A stretch of 49,823 bases of DNA from the IMG/VR virus record IMGVR_UViG_3300032007_001569. One strand, given 5' to 3'. The position numbers and the translations under genes are program-made. The notes beneath the pieces are model-generated. The model saw nothing but the letters and a program-made list of their open reading frames with translations, searched no databases and had not been told where the DNA came from. Shown one piece after another: positions 23,788 through 33,418 of this stretch. The stretch's first letter is position 1; the number at the start of each line of letters is the position of its first letter. The DNA is from a virus (lineage: Duplodnaviria > Heunggongvirae > Uroviricota > Caudoviricetes).

Positions 23788-26567
23788 AACAAAAAGCATG
23801 TCACCGGCTCATATACAAGCTACACACCAAACAACTGAAAAAGGCAAACTGGAATTTGACACTTGACTTAAATACCGCACTACGGGATTATCCTGAATGT
23901 GTGGTAGCCCTGAACGACAGTCAAGTCATGCGCTGGATTGATGAGATCAACGGCGTCGAGAATGTCAGCGATGCCGTCAATGGTCTCATGCGGAAGATTA
24001 GAAGCGACAAGAAGCTACCAAGGGGACGCGAGGTTACATTCAGGATCAAGGAATACTACTCGCGCATGTACTCGCTTCAATTTCAGCGTGATTACATTTG
24101 CGTTATCATGGATAGCAATTCAGACTATGACCGCGCCAACAAAGGATTCAAGGTCAACGGGATTGAGTACCGAAGGTTCCTTGGCACGAATGGCGGAATC
24201 AAAAACTCAATCATCGTATATGTCAATGCTCAGATATATCCAGAATTAAAACGGAGATTGGATAATGGACGTGCTATGGATGTCCCGCTCGTTCCGGCGA
24301 AGCTGGAAGCATACCAAGCCCTTGTGTGCTCCGGCTCCACTCCCCTACCTCCGCCTCGCAATATCATTGTAGTCAAAGACTGTATTACGCACTTCAAAGA
24401 ATCTGTCATCCAAATCACAGATGAGGCGGACGGTGAACCCGTTCTTTCGCATCTTGACAATTTTGATATTGAGCACAATGATTCCGATGGATATGGTCTC
24501 ATGACGCCTGATTACTCGCGGCGCGTGAATGAGTATTTATCTGGCGACGGCGAACATGAAATTTCTGGCATGAACACCCGGTACTCCTGGACAAAAGGCA
24601 TGTTGTACACGTTCGACTTTGTTGACTTCGCCGAAAAGGTGGCCGGAACCTATGAGATCGTGGATGCCTGGGGCGACAAGCGTGACGTGCGTGATGCCGA
24701 CATCATCCTGACCGTCTCGATGTTGAAGCTGTGGGATTTGTACAAGAGCTGGGAAGATTACCACGAGAACTGCGAGAAGAACCATTATCAATTCTCTGTG
24801 GCGAAAACCACGCCCGATGAGTTGGAGCCTGTTCGGACGACAAATTATCAGTTCCTGCAGAACTACGTCCTATCAGACGACGACCTGAACGAATTGTGTG
24901 AGCCAACCGTCAACGAAATCAAAGACGTGCTCGGTCTGGATTATAGAAAGACGCTGGCCTACTTGCTTGGCTGTGGGATGAATGAGCGCAAGGCGGCGGC
25001 GGTTGAAGACAATTATATCAAAGCGCTGATGATTGAACCAGCAATGATAAACGACCCGTATGTGCGAAAAAGCGTTTATAGCATGATTAAGAAGCAAATT
25101 GAGTGCGCCAAGAAGGGAACCATTCGCGTTGATGCAAATTATGCTATGATTTCTGGCGATCCTTACGCATTATGCCAGTCGATGTTTGGACTGGAAGTTA
25201 CCGGGCTTCTTCGGGCTGGCGAGGTCTATCATAAATACTGGATTGACAAGGGCGCAGATGAGATTGTTTGCTTCCGTGCGCCAATGAGTGTAGCCAATAA
25301 CATCCGGCGAATGAAGCTGTGCAAGTCCAGCGATGCCGAATACTGGTATCAGTACATAAAGACAGCATTGATTTACAACGCATGGGATTCCGCGTGTGAA
25401 GCGATGAATGGCGCTGATAAAGACGGTGACACGAACATGTGTACGGATAATCCGGTGCTCGTTAAAAACACCATTAACCAGCCGACGATTATCTGCGTAC
25501 AACGAAAAGCAGAAAAGAAGATCGTTAGCGAAGAGGATATTATCACCGCGAACAAGCTGGCATTCAATGATGATATTGGAGTTGTAACAAATCATGTGAC
25601 TGCAATGATCGAACGTCAGGCCGGATATAGTAAGTCCAGCAAAGAGTATGACGTTTTGCAGTACAGAATTATGTGCGGCCAGTTACTCCAGCAGAATACC
25701 ATAGATCGCGCGAAAGGCATCATTGCAAAATCAATGCCTGAAAGCTGGTACAGCTTCTCTGCTAACAGAATAAAGGATGATGACAGCGAGGCAGAAAAAG
25801 AGCGCAAGCTATTCTATCAGGAAATAGTAGCTTCTCACAAGCCGTATTTCATGACCTATGTTTACCCTGCATTTATGAATCAAGTGGCACAATATGAGAG
25901 TTGTAATGATGAAGACGCGATGCGGAAGTTTTTCGATCTCGACGTACATACCGTCGAGGAATTGAAGGCATTTCGCGGCCAGAGCGAAGAAATCGATGCT
26001 TTCTTGGACTTCTATGAAGATCAGAAACCCTATGGCGATAATTTGTGTGTTATTAACAGAATATGTCGCTATTACGAGGCGGCATTCCCTTCTTACGCGA
26101 AAATGTTTGGCGATAATCCACCGTTCGATTATTCCATCCTCAAATCTGATCGGCAATACAGTAAAACAAATTACAGCCTGATTTCTGGCCTTTTTGCAAA
26201 GTATAAGCGTGAGTATGATGTCGAAATGCGCGACTATAAACAGCGCGTTTCCTCTGGCGATGTGGGCACAGAATACGATTACAACCACGATGAGTTTATC
26301 TCCCGTTTCCGGCGCGAGGCTTCTGAGCTTTGCACTAACAAATATGAATTGTGCGATATTGTGGTTGACATGTGCTATACACGCGAAGGAACAAAGCGGT
26401 TTGCCTGGGAAATTGCGGGCGACGTTATTGTAGAAAACCTTCTGGCGAAGAACGGCAATAGAATCTCATATCCAGAACGGGGCGGGGATGAATTTACATT
26501 TAACGGCCAGTGGTTCACGATGAGGTCATTAATCTTGGAGGAAACTGAGAATGATAATATTGAATGA
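23784..26567 (+). CDS. yonO: YonO-like single-subunit two-barrel RNA polymerase (cellular RdRP/QDE-1 homolog)
   Basis: DGYG, KGML, RAP and NGADKDGD (DxDGD) motifs; sits upstream of virion genes as in SPbeta. Confidence 0.88.
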   Translation: MKQKACHRLIYKLHTKQLKKANWNLTLDLNTALRDYPECVVALNDSQVMRWIDEINGVENVSDAVNGLMRKIRSDKKLPRGREVTFRIKEYYSRMYSLQFQRDYICVIMDSNSDYDRANKGFKVNGIEYRRFLGTNGGIKNSIIVYVNAQIYPELKRRLDNGRAMDVPLVPAKLEAYQALVCSGSTPLPPPRNIIVVKDCITHFKESVIQITDEADGEPVLSHLDNFDIEHNDSDGYGLMTPDYSRRVNEYLSGDGEHEISGMNTRYSWTKGMLYTFDFVDFAEKVAGTYEIVDAWGDKRDVRDADIILTVSMLKLWDLYKSWEDYHENCEKNHYQFSVAKTTPDELEPVRTTNYQFLQNYVLSDDDLNELCEPTVNEIKDVLGLDYRKTLAYLLGCGMNERKAAAVEDNYIKALMIEPAMINDPYVRKSVYSMIKKQIECAKKGTIRVDANYAMISGDPYALCQSMFGLEVTGLLRAGEVYHKYWIDKGADEIVCFRAPMSVANNIRRMKLCKSSDAEYWYQYIKTALIYNAWDSACEAMNGADKDGDTNMCTDNPVLVKNTINQPTIICVQRKAEKKIVSEEDIITANKLAFNDDIGVVTNHVTAMIERQAGYSKSSKEYDVLQYRIMCGQLLQQNTIDRAKGIIAKSMPESWYSFSANRIKDDDSEAEKERKLFYQEIVASHKPYFMTYVYPAFMNQVAQYESCNDEDAMRKFFDLDVHTVEELKAFRGQSEEIDAFLDFYEDQKPYGDNLCVINRICRYYEAAFPSYAKMFGDNPPFDYSILKSDRQYSKTNYSLISGLFAKYKREYDVEMRDYKQRVSSGDVGTEYDYNHDEFISRFRREASELCTNKYELCDIVVDMCYTREGTKRFAWEIAGDVIVENLLAKNGNRISYPERGGDEFTFNGQWFTMRSLILEETENDNIE

Positions 26568-27417
26568 GCGTGAGTACGCCGAGAAATGGCTTTCATCTGA
26601 GCGCATTGAAGAACAGCCATATCTGGTTCTTGGCATCCTCGCAAAATACTTTTACGCGCAAGGGCACAAGAAAAAGCAAATCTCTTCTATGCTCTTCGAT
26701 TTCTTTTGTAATCATTTCACCGTTACAAAGAAACTACAATGGGAAGAGACGTGTGACCAGCTTGCGGCCAAGGCGGACAAATACCCGCTATATGAATTTG
26801 ATGGCGTTTCTATCACACGTTCAGAACTTGAAAAAATCGCAACGGCGGATGGCGACAAAGAAAGGCGCTTGCTTTTCACGATGCTGTGCTTGGCAAAATT
26901 GGGAAACTTAAAAAGACCAAAGAATAACGGGTGGGTTAATACTGACACGAAGGAACTATTCAAGATGGCGCGCATCGACTGTCGCGTCTATCAGCGGTTT
27001 TACATGATCGGTAAGCTGGGGAGGCAAGGGTTTCTTGAGTTCCCTAAAAAGAATGGAAACCTTGCGAACAGGGTTACGTTTATTGATGACGAAAGCGAAA
27101 TGGTTTTACTTGTGTCGGACTTCCGGGAGCTAGGCTACGAATATATGAAATACTGCGGAGAGGACATAATCAGATGTCGTGAATGTGGCATCCTAACGCG
27201 GGGGAACAAGAACGGCACGAAGCAGTATTGCTCAAAGTGCGCAGGGTATACACCCATGGGTACAAAACCAGTGACGTGTATTGACTGCGGAAAAGTGTTT
27301 GAGGTTGACGCAAACAATCATAGAACAAATAGGTGCGATGATTGCTATAAGGTTTACAGGAACAATGCAGCAAAGAACAGAATGCGCAGAAGTAGAGAAT
27401 GTTCGCAGAACCATTAA
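26551..27417 (+). CDS. Hypothetical protein with C-terminal Zn-finger pairs, coupled to the RNAP gene
   Basis: CRECG..CSKC..CIDCG..CDDC; basic tail; overlaps the RNAP stop. Confidence 0.8.
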   Translation: MIILNEREYAEKWLSSERIEEQPYLVLGILAKYFYAQGHKKKQISSMLFDFFCNHFTVTKKLQWEETCDQLAAKADKYPLYEFDGVSITRSELEKIATADGDKERRLLFTMLCLAKLGNLKRPKNNGWVNTDTKELFKMARIDCRVYQRFYMIGKLGRQGFLEFPKKNGNLANRVTFIDDESEMVLLVSDFRELGYEYMKYCGEDIIRCRECGILTRGNKNGTKQYCSKCAGYTPMGTKPVTCIDCGKVFEVDANNHRTNRCDDCYKVYRNNAAKNRMRRSRECSQNH

Positions 27418-27692
27418 AAGATGAAGTAGCCCGAAATCCCTTATAATACAATGGATTTGGGCACATTGCACAAATTTTCATAAATGGGTATATAGAAGAT
27501 ATACCATGTTCTCATTTCTATCTTTCTCTTTTCCTTGCTGGTGGGCGCTGGCGTATGTCAGCGCCATTCTCTGAAAGATGTCACGCGGCTGTGAAGATCA
27601 TCCTTCTGTGTTAATTGGTAAAAAGTATTATGTTTTTGATTTTCAGATTTCCGCGTTTATCGGTTCGCAAATCCTTACAAAATTGCATTAAT

Positions 27693-27768
27693 GTACGGTT
27701 AGCTCAGTTGGTAGAGCACGCGCCTGTTAAGCGCGGCGTCACAGGATCGTTCCCTGTACCGTGCGCCA
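27693..27768 (+). tRNA. tRNA-Asn (GTT)
   Basis: 76-nt cloverleaf: acceptor GTACGGT/ACCGTGC, D arm GCTC/GAGC, anticodon loop CTGTTAA, G73, encoded CCA. Confidence 0.9.
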
Positions 27769-27770
27769 CA

Positions 27771-27797
27771 AAGCCCGTCCACTCACGGGCTGTTTTT
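27771..27797 (+). terminator. Intrinsic terminator after the tRNA
   Basis: AGCCCGT/ACGGGCT stem followed by gttttt. Confidence 0.7.
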
Positions 27798-27811
27798 ATA
27801 TTATATGAAAG

Positions 27812-28003
27812 ATGGTGTTTACCATAAAGACAATCACGAAGAGAGAAATGGAACTGTTGCTCGAAAAGAAGATTCTTTTCAATACAAGAAATGGGATCGT
27901 GGATAAGGACGGAAATCCTTCTGGTTACTATATCACCAAAAATAAGACTAGGTATATTGAAGAGAAGTATGCCGATATTGCCAAGAAACTAGCCATCGTG
28001 TGA
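27812..28003 (+). CDS. Hypothetical protein
   Basis: ORF track. Confidence 0.65.
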   Translation: MVFTIKTITKREMELLLEKKILFNTRNGIVDKDGNPSGYYITKNKTRYIEEKYADIAKKLAIV

Positions 28004-28013
28004 GGTGGCTTAT

Positions 28014-29456
28014 ATGGCGAAGAAGAAGATCAACCGTGACAGCATACAGTTTACCGGAGAATCAGCCAACGATGTGACCGGTTCGCAATACTACTTGCAA
28101 TTTGGTAAGTACAAGTGTTTGCTGGAATGTGGATTGCATCAGTCTTCCAGCAACAGCTATCTTGATTCATATAAAATCAATTCAGAGAAATTTAAGTTTA
28201 AGCCCACTGAATTGGATTTTGTTTTCGTTGCCCATCCACATATAGATCACTGTGGTCTCATTCCGCGCCTCGTCAAAGAAGGCTTCAACGGAAGGATCAT
28301 TGCGACGAAGAATACCTATCTGGTTATGAAGTCGCTACTGCGAAACTCCTGCTATATCATTCAGGAGGAAGCGTCTATTCTCTCAAAGCGATATAAGAGA
28401 GAGTACAAGCCGTTATACAGCGAAGAGGATGTAGAAAAAGCGCTACGCATGGTGCGGGTGTATAACGATTACAATTTGGTTTATCGACTGAACGACGAAA
28501 TTAAATTTCAGTGGCTTAAAAATTCTCATTGTGTCGGCGCGGCTCAATTACAGCTTATCCTTTCGGACGGTATCAAGACAAAGAAAATACTGTACTCGTC
28601 TGATATTGGTGCGCTGAAAACGAAAAATCATTATGTGGAAAACACGGAAATTCCAAACATGTACAACGATGTTGTCATCATGGAATCCACATATGGTAGC
28701 AATCCAAAGAATAAGAACATAAAACGAGAATTTGATTTGGAGCATTTGAAAGCCGCCATTGAAACCACATTTGAGCGCGGCGGCAGCGTTGTTATGCCCT
28801 GTTTTAGTTTCAGCAGAACGCAGGAGCTTTTGACTGCCCTTTATGATTTGTACGGCAATGACGAAACATTTGAAAATGAAGTCGTCATTGATTCAATGCT
28901 GAGTTGCGAGATTACAGCCCTATATGGCGAGATGTTAGAGGGCGACGATCTAGCAAAATGGGAATCAGTTTTAAGCTGGAAAAATCTGAGGCTGATTTCC
29001 GACAAGGATTTATCTCAGGCTTGTCTTGCCGACAGTAGCCCGAAGATCGTGTTATCTTCTTCCGGCTTCTGCACTAACGGCAGGATTATAAACTATCTGA
29101 AGAAATACTTGCGGGATTCAAACAGCATGATTATCTTTTCAGGGTTTACCGGGGATAATGAATCATACCTATCATATCGAATTAAGAACTATCGGAAACG
29201 GAAGTTTATTAGCATAAACAAAGAACAAATTCCCAACCGCGCGGACTGCATTACTCTATCATCTTTCAGCAGCCACGCAAATCAGAATGACTTGATTGAG
29301 TATGGAAGCTCATTGAGCACAAACAAGTTGATTCTGGTTCACGGCTCAGAGGAAAGCAAAAAACAACTTTCCGAGAGACTGTCGGAAGAAATCTCAAAGA
29401 AGGGCAAAACATATCGTGTCGTTTGTTCTACAAAAGGCATGGTTGTTTACCTGTAG
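28014..29456 (+). CDS. MBL-fold beta-CASP ribonuclease (CPSF73/YSH1-like)
   Basis: HPHIDH, SHCVG, SSD, MESTYG, SRTQE, SSSG, FSSHA motifs. Confidence 0.9.
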   Translation: MAKKKINRDSIQFTGESANDVTGSQYYLQFGKYKCLLECGLHQSSSNSYLDSYKINSEKFKFKPTELDFVFVAHPHIDHCGLIPRLVKEGFNGRIIATKNTYLVMKSLLRNSCYIIQEEASILSKRYKREYKPLYSEEDVEKALRMVRVYNDYNLVYRLNDEIKFQWLKNSHCVGAAQLQLILSDGIKTKKILYSSDIGALKTKNHYVENTEIPNMYNDVVIMESTYGSNPKNKNIKREFDLEHLKAAIETTFERGGSVVMPCFSFSRTQELLTALYDLYGNDETFENEVVIDSMLSCEITALYGEMLEGDDLAKWESVLSWKNLRLISDKDLSQACLADSSPKIVLSSSGFCTNGRIINYLKKYLRDSNSMIIFSGFTGDNESYLSYRIKNYRKRKFISINKEQIPNRADCITLSSFSSHANQNDLIEYGSSLSTNKLILVHGSEESKKQLSERLSEEISKKGKTYRVVCSTKGMVVYL

Positions 29457-29466
29457 GAGGGAAATC

Positions 29467-30078
29467 ATGGAAGGTGAAGCAGTAGTCGGTTCCTTTAACT
29501 ATACGTTTGATGACCTTTTCGCGCTGGAGGATTTAGAGACAAGACATCTATACCTCTGCGGCGAAATTGATAAAAGGGCCATTGATGAAGTAGTCTATGA
29601 CATTATGCGGTGGAATCTGATTGACAAAGATGTACACAAAAAGGATCGTCTTCCAATCAAGCTGTATATCAATTCGCCTGGCGGTGACATATCCGTTGGT
29701 TTTAGCTTGATTGACGCAATCATTACAAGCAAGACACCTGTCTATACAATCAATTTGGGAGAATGTTGTTCAATGGCCTTTTTGGTTTTCATTGCCGGGG
29801 CAAAGCGGTACTCCATGCCCCACTCGCAGTTCTTGCTACATGATGGTGAAATCATGCTTGGCAACAGTATGTCAAAAGCCAAGGACGCCTTTAATTTTCT
29901 ATATGGACAAGTAGAAAAAAATATCCAGGATTTCGTTGTTGAACATACTAACATTGATCCTGAGCTATATGCGAAGAACAGCAGATTAGAGTGGTACTTT
30001 CTCCCGGAGGAAGCGAAATCGCATGGCATTGTTGATTACATTGTCGGCAGCGATTGTAAAATAGATTCTATACTATAA
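29467..30078 (+). CDS. clpP: ClpP-family serine protease
   Basis: LYLCGEID, INSPGG, CSMA (Ser), LLHD (His), EEAKSHGIVD. Confidence 0.88.
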   Translation: MEGEAVVGSFNYTFDDLFALEDLETRHLYLCGEIDKRAIDEVVYDIMRWNLIDKDVHKKDRLPIKLYINSPGGDISVGFSLIDAIITSKTPVYTINLGECCSMAFLVFIAGAKRYSMPHSQFLLHDGEIMLGNSMSKAKDAFNFLYGQVEKNIQDFVVEHTNIDPELYAKNSRLEWYFLPEEAKSHGIVDYIVGSDCKIDSIL

Positions 30079-30090
30079 GAGGTAATACGC

Positions 30091-31302
30091 TTGGATTTGA
30101 AAAGATTAGAAAATGAGAATGAAGAACAATACCTTTGGCGTATAGGAAACGCAAAGGATAAAGGACTAATTGATATTGGCTGGGATGAAATCGCGGATAT
30201 AATGAACCGTGAGTTCAGAGCTGATGAATCTGAATACAGGACTGAAGCGTCTTATCGCAAACCGTATCAGCAAGCAAAACGCTTTGCTGATGCGGGCGTT
30301 TTTTGTAATATGACGGAGGATTCATACCTGCGCGAACTTCGTTTCCTGCGGCAGGATGTTCAGAAGGAAAAACAAAAGCTCTTTGATGAGCGGGTTGCGC
30401 TGAATAAAACCCTGCGTGAGCAAAGCCGCATTGACTCCATGTATGACATGGTTAAGCGTGCCATTGATGATTATAAGCCAATTCGGTTTGAGTATTTCCC
30501 GAATAATCATGGAGATAGTAATAACGATCTGATTATTCACCTTACAGACTTGCATTGTGGCGTTAATATAAAATCGCCGCTTAATGAGTTTAACGCCGAG
30601 ATCCTATCTGGGCGGCTTAAAAAATATCTCAATGAAATTCGAGACATTTGTGAAATACATTACCCCGAATCTGCCTACGTCATACTTGGCGGCGACATGA
30701 TTCAAGGTTTAATTCATACAAACGCTCGCATTGAATCCAAGGAAAACGTTGTGCTCCAGATCATGACAGTTTCTGATCTAATAAGCAATTTCGTCTTTGA
30801 ATTGAGCAAGATGTTCAAGGGTGTAGAGGTTCACACAACGGCTGGCAATCACTCGCGTGCAGTTGCCTCAAAAGAAGAAGCGGCACATGGTGAAAACTTT
30901 GACCTGCTTATCCCATATGTCTGCAAGAAAGATTTGAAAAATGTCGAGAACGTTGTGTTCATCGACAACTATCTGGATTCTGATATTGCCACTTTTTCAG
31001 TGCGCGGTCATATGGTTTACGCAACACATGGAGACAAGGACACAGCGGCGAATGTAGTTTATCACATGACGCAGTTCGCCCGTCGAACCGGCCTTCCCCT
31101 CCCCGACCTTTGTTATTTGGGCCATAGGCATTGTAATGGCCTAACAACGGTTGACGGAGTGAAAGTCATTGAAAGTGGTTGTGTTGACGGATCAGATACT
31201 TACGCGATTGAAAAGCGTCTACTTAACTCTCCTGAGCAAACCGTAACGGTTGTGACAAAAAACCACAGGATCAAGGCGCTTTATGATATTCAACTTGATT
31301 AA
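30091..31302 (+). CDS. Calcineurin-like metallophosphoesterase with N-terminal helical region
   Basis: TDLHCG, GGD, GNH, HGD, GHRH motifs. Confidence 0.85.
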   Translation: MDLKRLENENEEQYLWRIGNAKDKGLIDIGWDEIADIMNREFRADESEYRTEASYRKPYQQAKRFADAGVFCNMTEDSYLRELRFLRQDVQKEKQKLFDERVALNKTLREQSRIDSMYDMVKRAIDDYKPIRFEYFPNNHGDSNNDLIIHLTDLHCGVNIKSPLNEFNAEILSGRLKKYLNEIRDICEIHYPESAYVILGGDMIQGLIHTNARIESKENVVLQIMTVSDLISNFVFELSKMFKGVEVHTTAGNHSRAVASKEEAAHGENFDLLIPYVCKKDLKNVENVVFIDNYLDSDIATFSVRGHMVYATHGDKDTAANVVYHMTQFARRTGLPLPDLCYLGHRHCNGLTTVDGVKVIESGCVDGSDTYAIEKRLLNSPEQTVTVVTKNHRIKALYDIQLD

Positions 31303-31328
31303 TTAAATATTGGAAGTAGAGAAAGAAA

Positions 31329-31616
31329 ATGAGGAAATCAAAGCTCGTTAGTCTGGTTGTGAAAGATACCGGACTAACCAAAGAACAGTGCGACATTTTT
31401 TTGGATGCTCTTACCTATGAAATAACCCAGGCTTTAGCAAGGGGCGAAAAGGTTTGCATATCCAATTTTATGAGCCTGGAGGTTTCGGAACGCGGAGAGA
31501 GATACGCACGCAATCCAGCGACCGGAATTGTAGCACTTAATCCGGCGATGAAGACGGTGCGGTGCAGAATCAGCCAGAGGGTTAAAGATACCATAAATGG
31601 CAGAGAGGTAGAATAA
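31329..31616 (+). CDS. hup: HU-family DNA-binding protein
   Basis: L..GEKV.I.NF.SLEV.ER.ER.ARNPATG. Confidence 0.88.
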   Translation: MRKSKLVSLVVKDTGLTKEQCDIFLDALTYEITQALARGEKVCISNFMSLEVSERGERYARNPATGIVALNPAMKTVRCRISQRVKDTINGREVE

Positions 31617-32485
31617 TGGAAAGAATATATTTTGAGAACGCGCTAGATTTAGCCAAGCTGATGCTATATGACATCAATAATGACAAAGATTCTTCTGCCG
31701 TGCTTTTTTACGACGATGCAGTGGAACTTATTGCAGAGCTTCAGCTAATCGGCGATGCGCACCCAATTTCGCTTGATATTTCCCATCCTGATTATAGTGG
31801 GTATAATGGCGTGTATTATGTAGACATGACGCCTGTTTCCGAAAATGGATTTGAACTCTTCGTTTGCCCCGCCAAAGAAGCTGACAACACCGAATATAGC
31901 TATAATACGGCTGATGTTATCTATGTGGATGGCGACGCAGATTCTTGTATTTTGAAAAACATCGAGGCTCCTGCAATTTATGAGATTGACATTGAGCATG
32001 AGGTTTACGATGAAGATGATGAAGAATGCGATTTGAATTGCGATGATTGTCCGTTTTCTGACATTGAAGACGATGACGACTTCGACGAAATTGAGGAAGA
32101 GCCTGATGATGCAGATTATTTTGAGCCGTTACTCGATCTTGTTCATGACATAATTGATGGGCTGTGCGGTTTTCTGCGGGAACACGAGAAGTATACAAGT
32201 GAGGAAATTATTGACTTCATCCATCGTAGGTTTGGCCCATTTGATGAGAATAGCGATTGGATGACTTGCAACTGTTTTTGGTTTGCGCAAATCCTGAATG
32301 ATCGTTTTCCGGGCGGACGGCTATACTATGACGTTGTGGTCGGTCATTTTGTCTTTGAGTACGACGGCATATATTACGATTATTCTGGTATTGTCACACC
32401 AAACGATGACCTCGTTGCGTGGGATGAGTTTGATAAATACGACGCATATCAGAAAGAGCGCATCATTAGAGATTGCATTCGGTAA
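31616..32485 (+). CDS. Acidic protein with C-terminal putative Cys-His-Asp (papain/transglutaminase-like) domain
   Basis: D/E-rich middle; CNCFWFA..L...GH....G.YYD.SG. Confidence 0.7.
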   Translation: MERIYFENALDLAKLMLYDINNDKDSSAVLFYDDAVELIAELQLIGDAHPISLDISHPDYSGYNGVYYVDMTPVSENGFELFVCPAKEADNTEYSYNTADVIYVDGDADSCILKNIEAPAIYEIDIEHEVYDEDDEECDLNCDDCPFSDIEDDDDFDEIEEEPDDADYFEPLLDLVHDIIDGLCGFLREHEKYTSEEIIDFIHRRFGPFDENSDWMTCNCFWFAQILNDRFPGGRLYYDVVVGHFVFEYDGIYYDYSGIVTPNDDLVAWDEFDKYDAYQKERIIRDCIR

Positions 32486-32509
32486 AATAAATCTGATGGA
32501 GTCCTGGTA

Positions 32510-33418
32510 ATGGCAAAAGAGAAAACAAAGATAGACGGTCATGTGTGTTGCAGATGTGGCTCTTTACTGCCAACGACTTCTTTTTATAAAACGATAAGTG
32601 ATACATTTGGCGGTATAGGTCATCTGCCAATCTGCAAAACGTGTTTGAATGACCTGTACAAAAAATACAAAATTCAATATATGAATCCGGTACGGGCAAT
32701 TTGGCGTATTTGTATGACGTTCGATCTATATTTTGACGAACGTATTGCGCAGTCCTGTACCAATAACGATCAGGCCGTTATTGGCGATTACTACAAAAAG
32801 CTCAATCTCGGCCAATGTCGAGGCAAGACATTTGATACAAATATTGAAGAAGGAATTTTCGAGCGTGCAGAGCAAGCCACCGAAAAACCCGATGATATTC
32901 CACCAGAAATACCGGCACAGATTATTGACCCACAGCTCGTTGAAAAATGGGGCGAGGGCTTACAATACATCGATTATCTGGAATTGGAAAAGCATTACAA
33001 ATATTTGAAGTCGGCAAATCCGAATGGCGATAATAACCAAGAGATTTTCATTATCGACTTATGCTACACGAAGATGCAGCAAATGAAAGCTGTCCGTGAA
33101 GGCCGTGTCGATGATTATAACAAACTCACTGAATCCTATCGTAAATCGTTCCAGCAAGCAGGGCTGAAAACTGTCCGCGATCCAAACATGACAGAAGGAT
33201 TCCTGCTTGGTGTCAATGCGGAAACGATTGAGAAATATACCCCGGCAGAGTATTACAAAAACAAGGCGCTCTATAAGGATTATGACGGAATTGGCGATTA
33301 CATCGACCGCTTCATGCTTCGTCCGCTCAGAAATCTCATGCACGGGACTACAGATAGAGACACTGAGTTTTATGTGAAAGACGAGGCTGAATCCGATGAG
33401 TACAGCGACGACGAATAA
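32510..33418 (+). CDS. Probable terminase small subunit / packaging-associated protein
   Basis: N-terminal CxxC..CxxC; directly upstream of and overlapping the large terminase gene. Confidence 0.6.
   Translation: MAKEKTKIDGHVCCRCGSLLPTTSFYKTISDTFGGIGHLPICKTCLNDLYKKYKIQYMNPVRAIWRICMTFDLYFDERIAQSCTNNDQAVIGDYYKKLNLGQCRGKTFDTNIEEGIFERAEQATEKPDDIPPEIPAQIIDPQLVEKWGEGLQYIDYLELEKHYKYLKSANPNGDNNQEIFIIDLCYTKMQQMKAVREGRVDDYNKLTESYRKSFQQAGLKTVRDPNMTEGFLLGVNAETIEKYTPAEYYKNKALYKDYDGIGDYIDRFMLRPLRNLMHGTTDRDTEFYVKDEAESDEYSDDE

Noticed and set aside
23784-26567. Interpretation as an RNA-virus or RNAi RdRP
   Set aside because: The DNA-phage context and the YonO precedent point to a DNA-dependent RNA polymerase; viral palm-domain motifs are absent.
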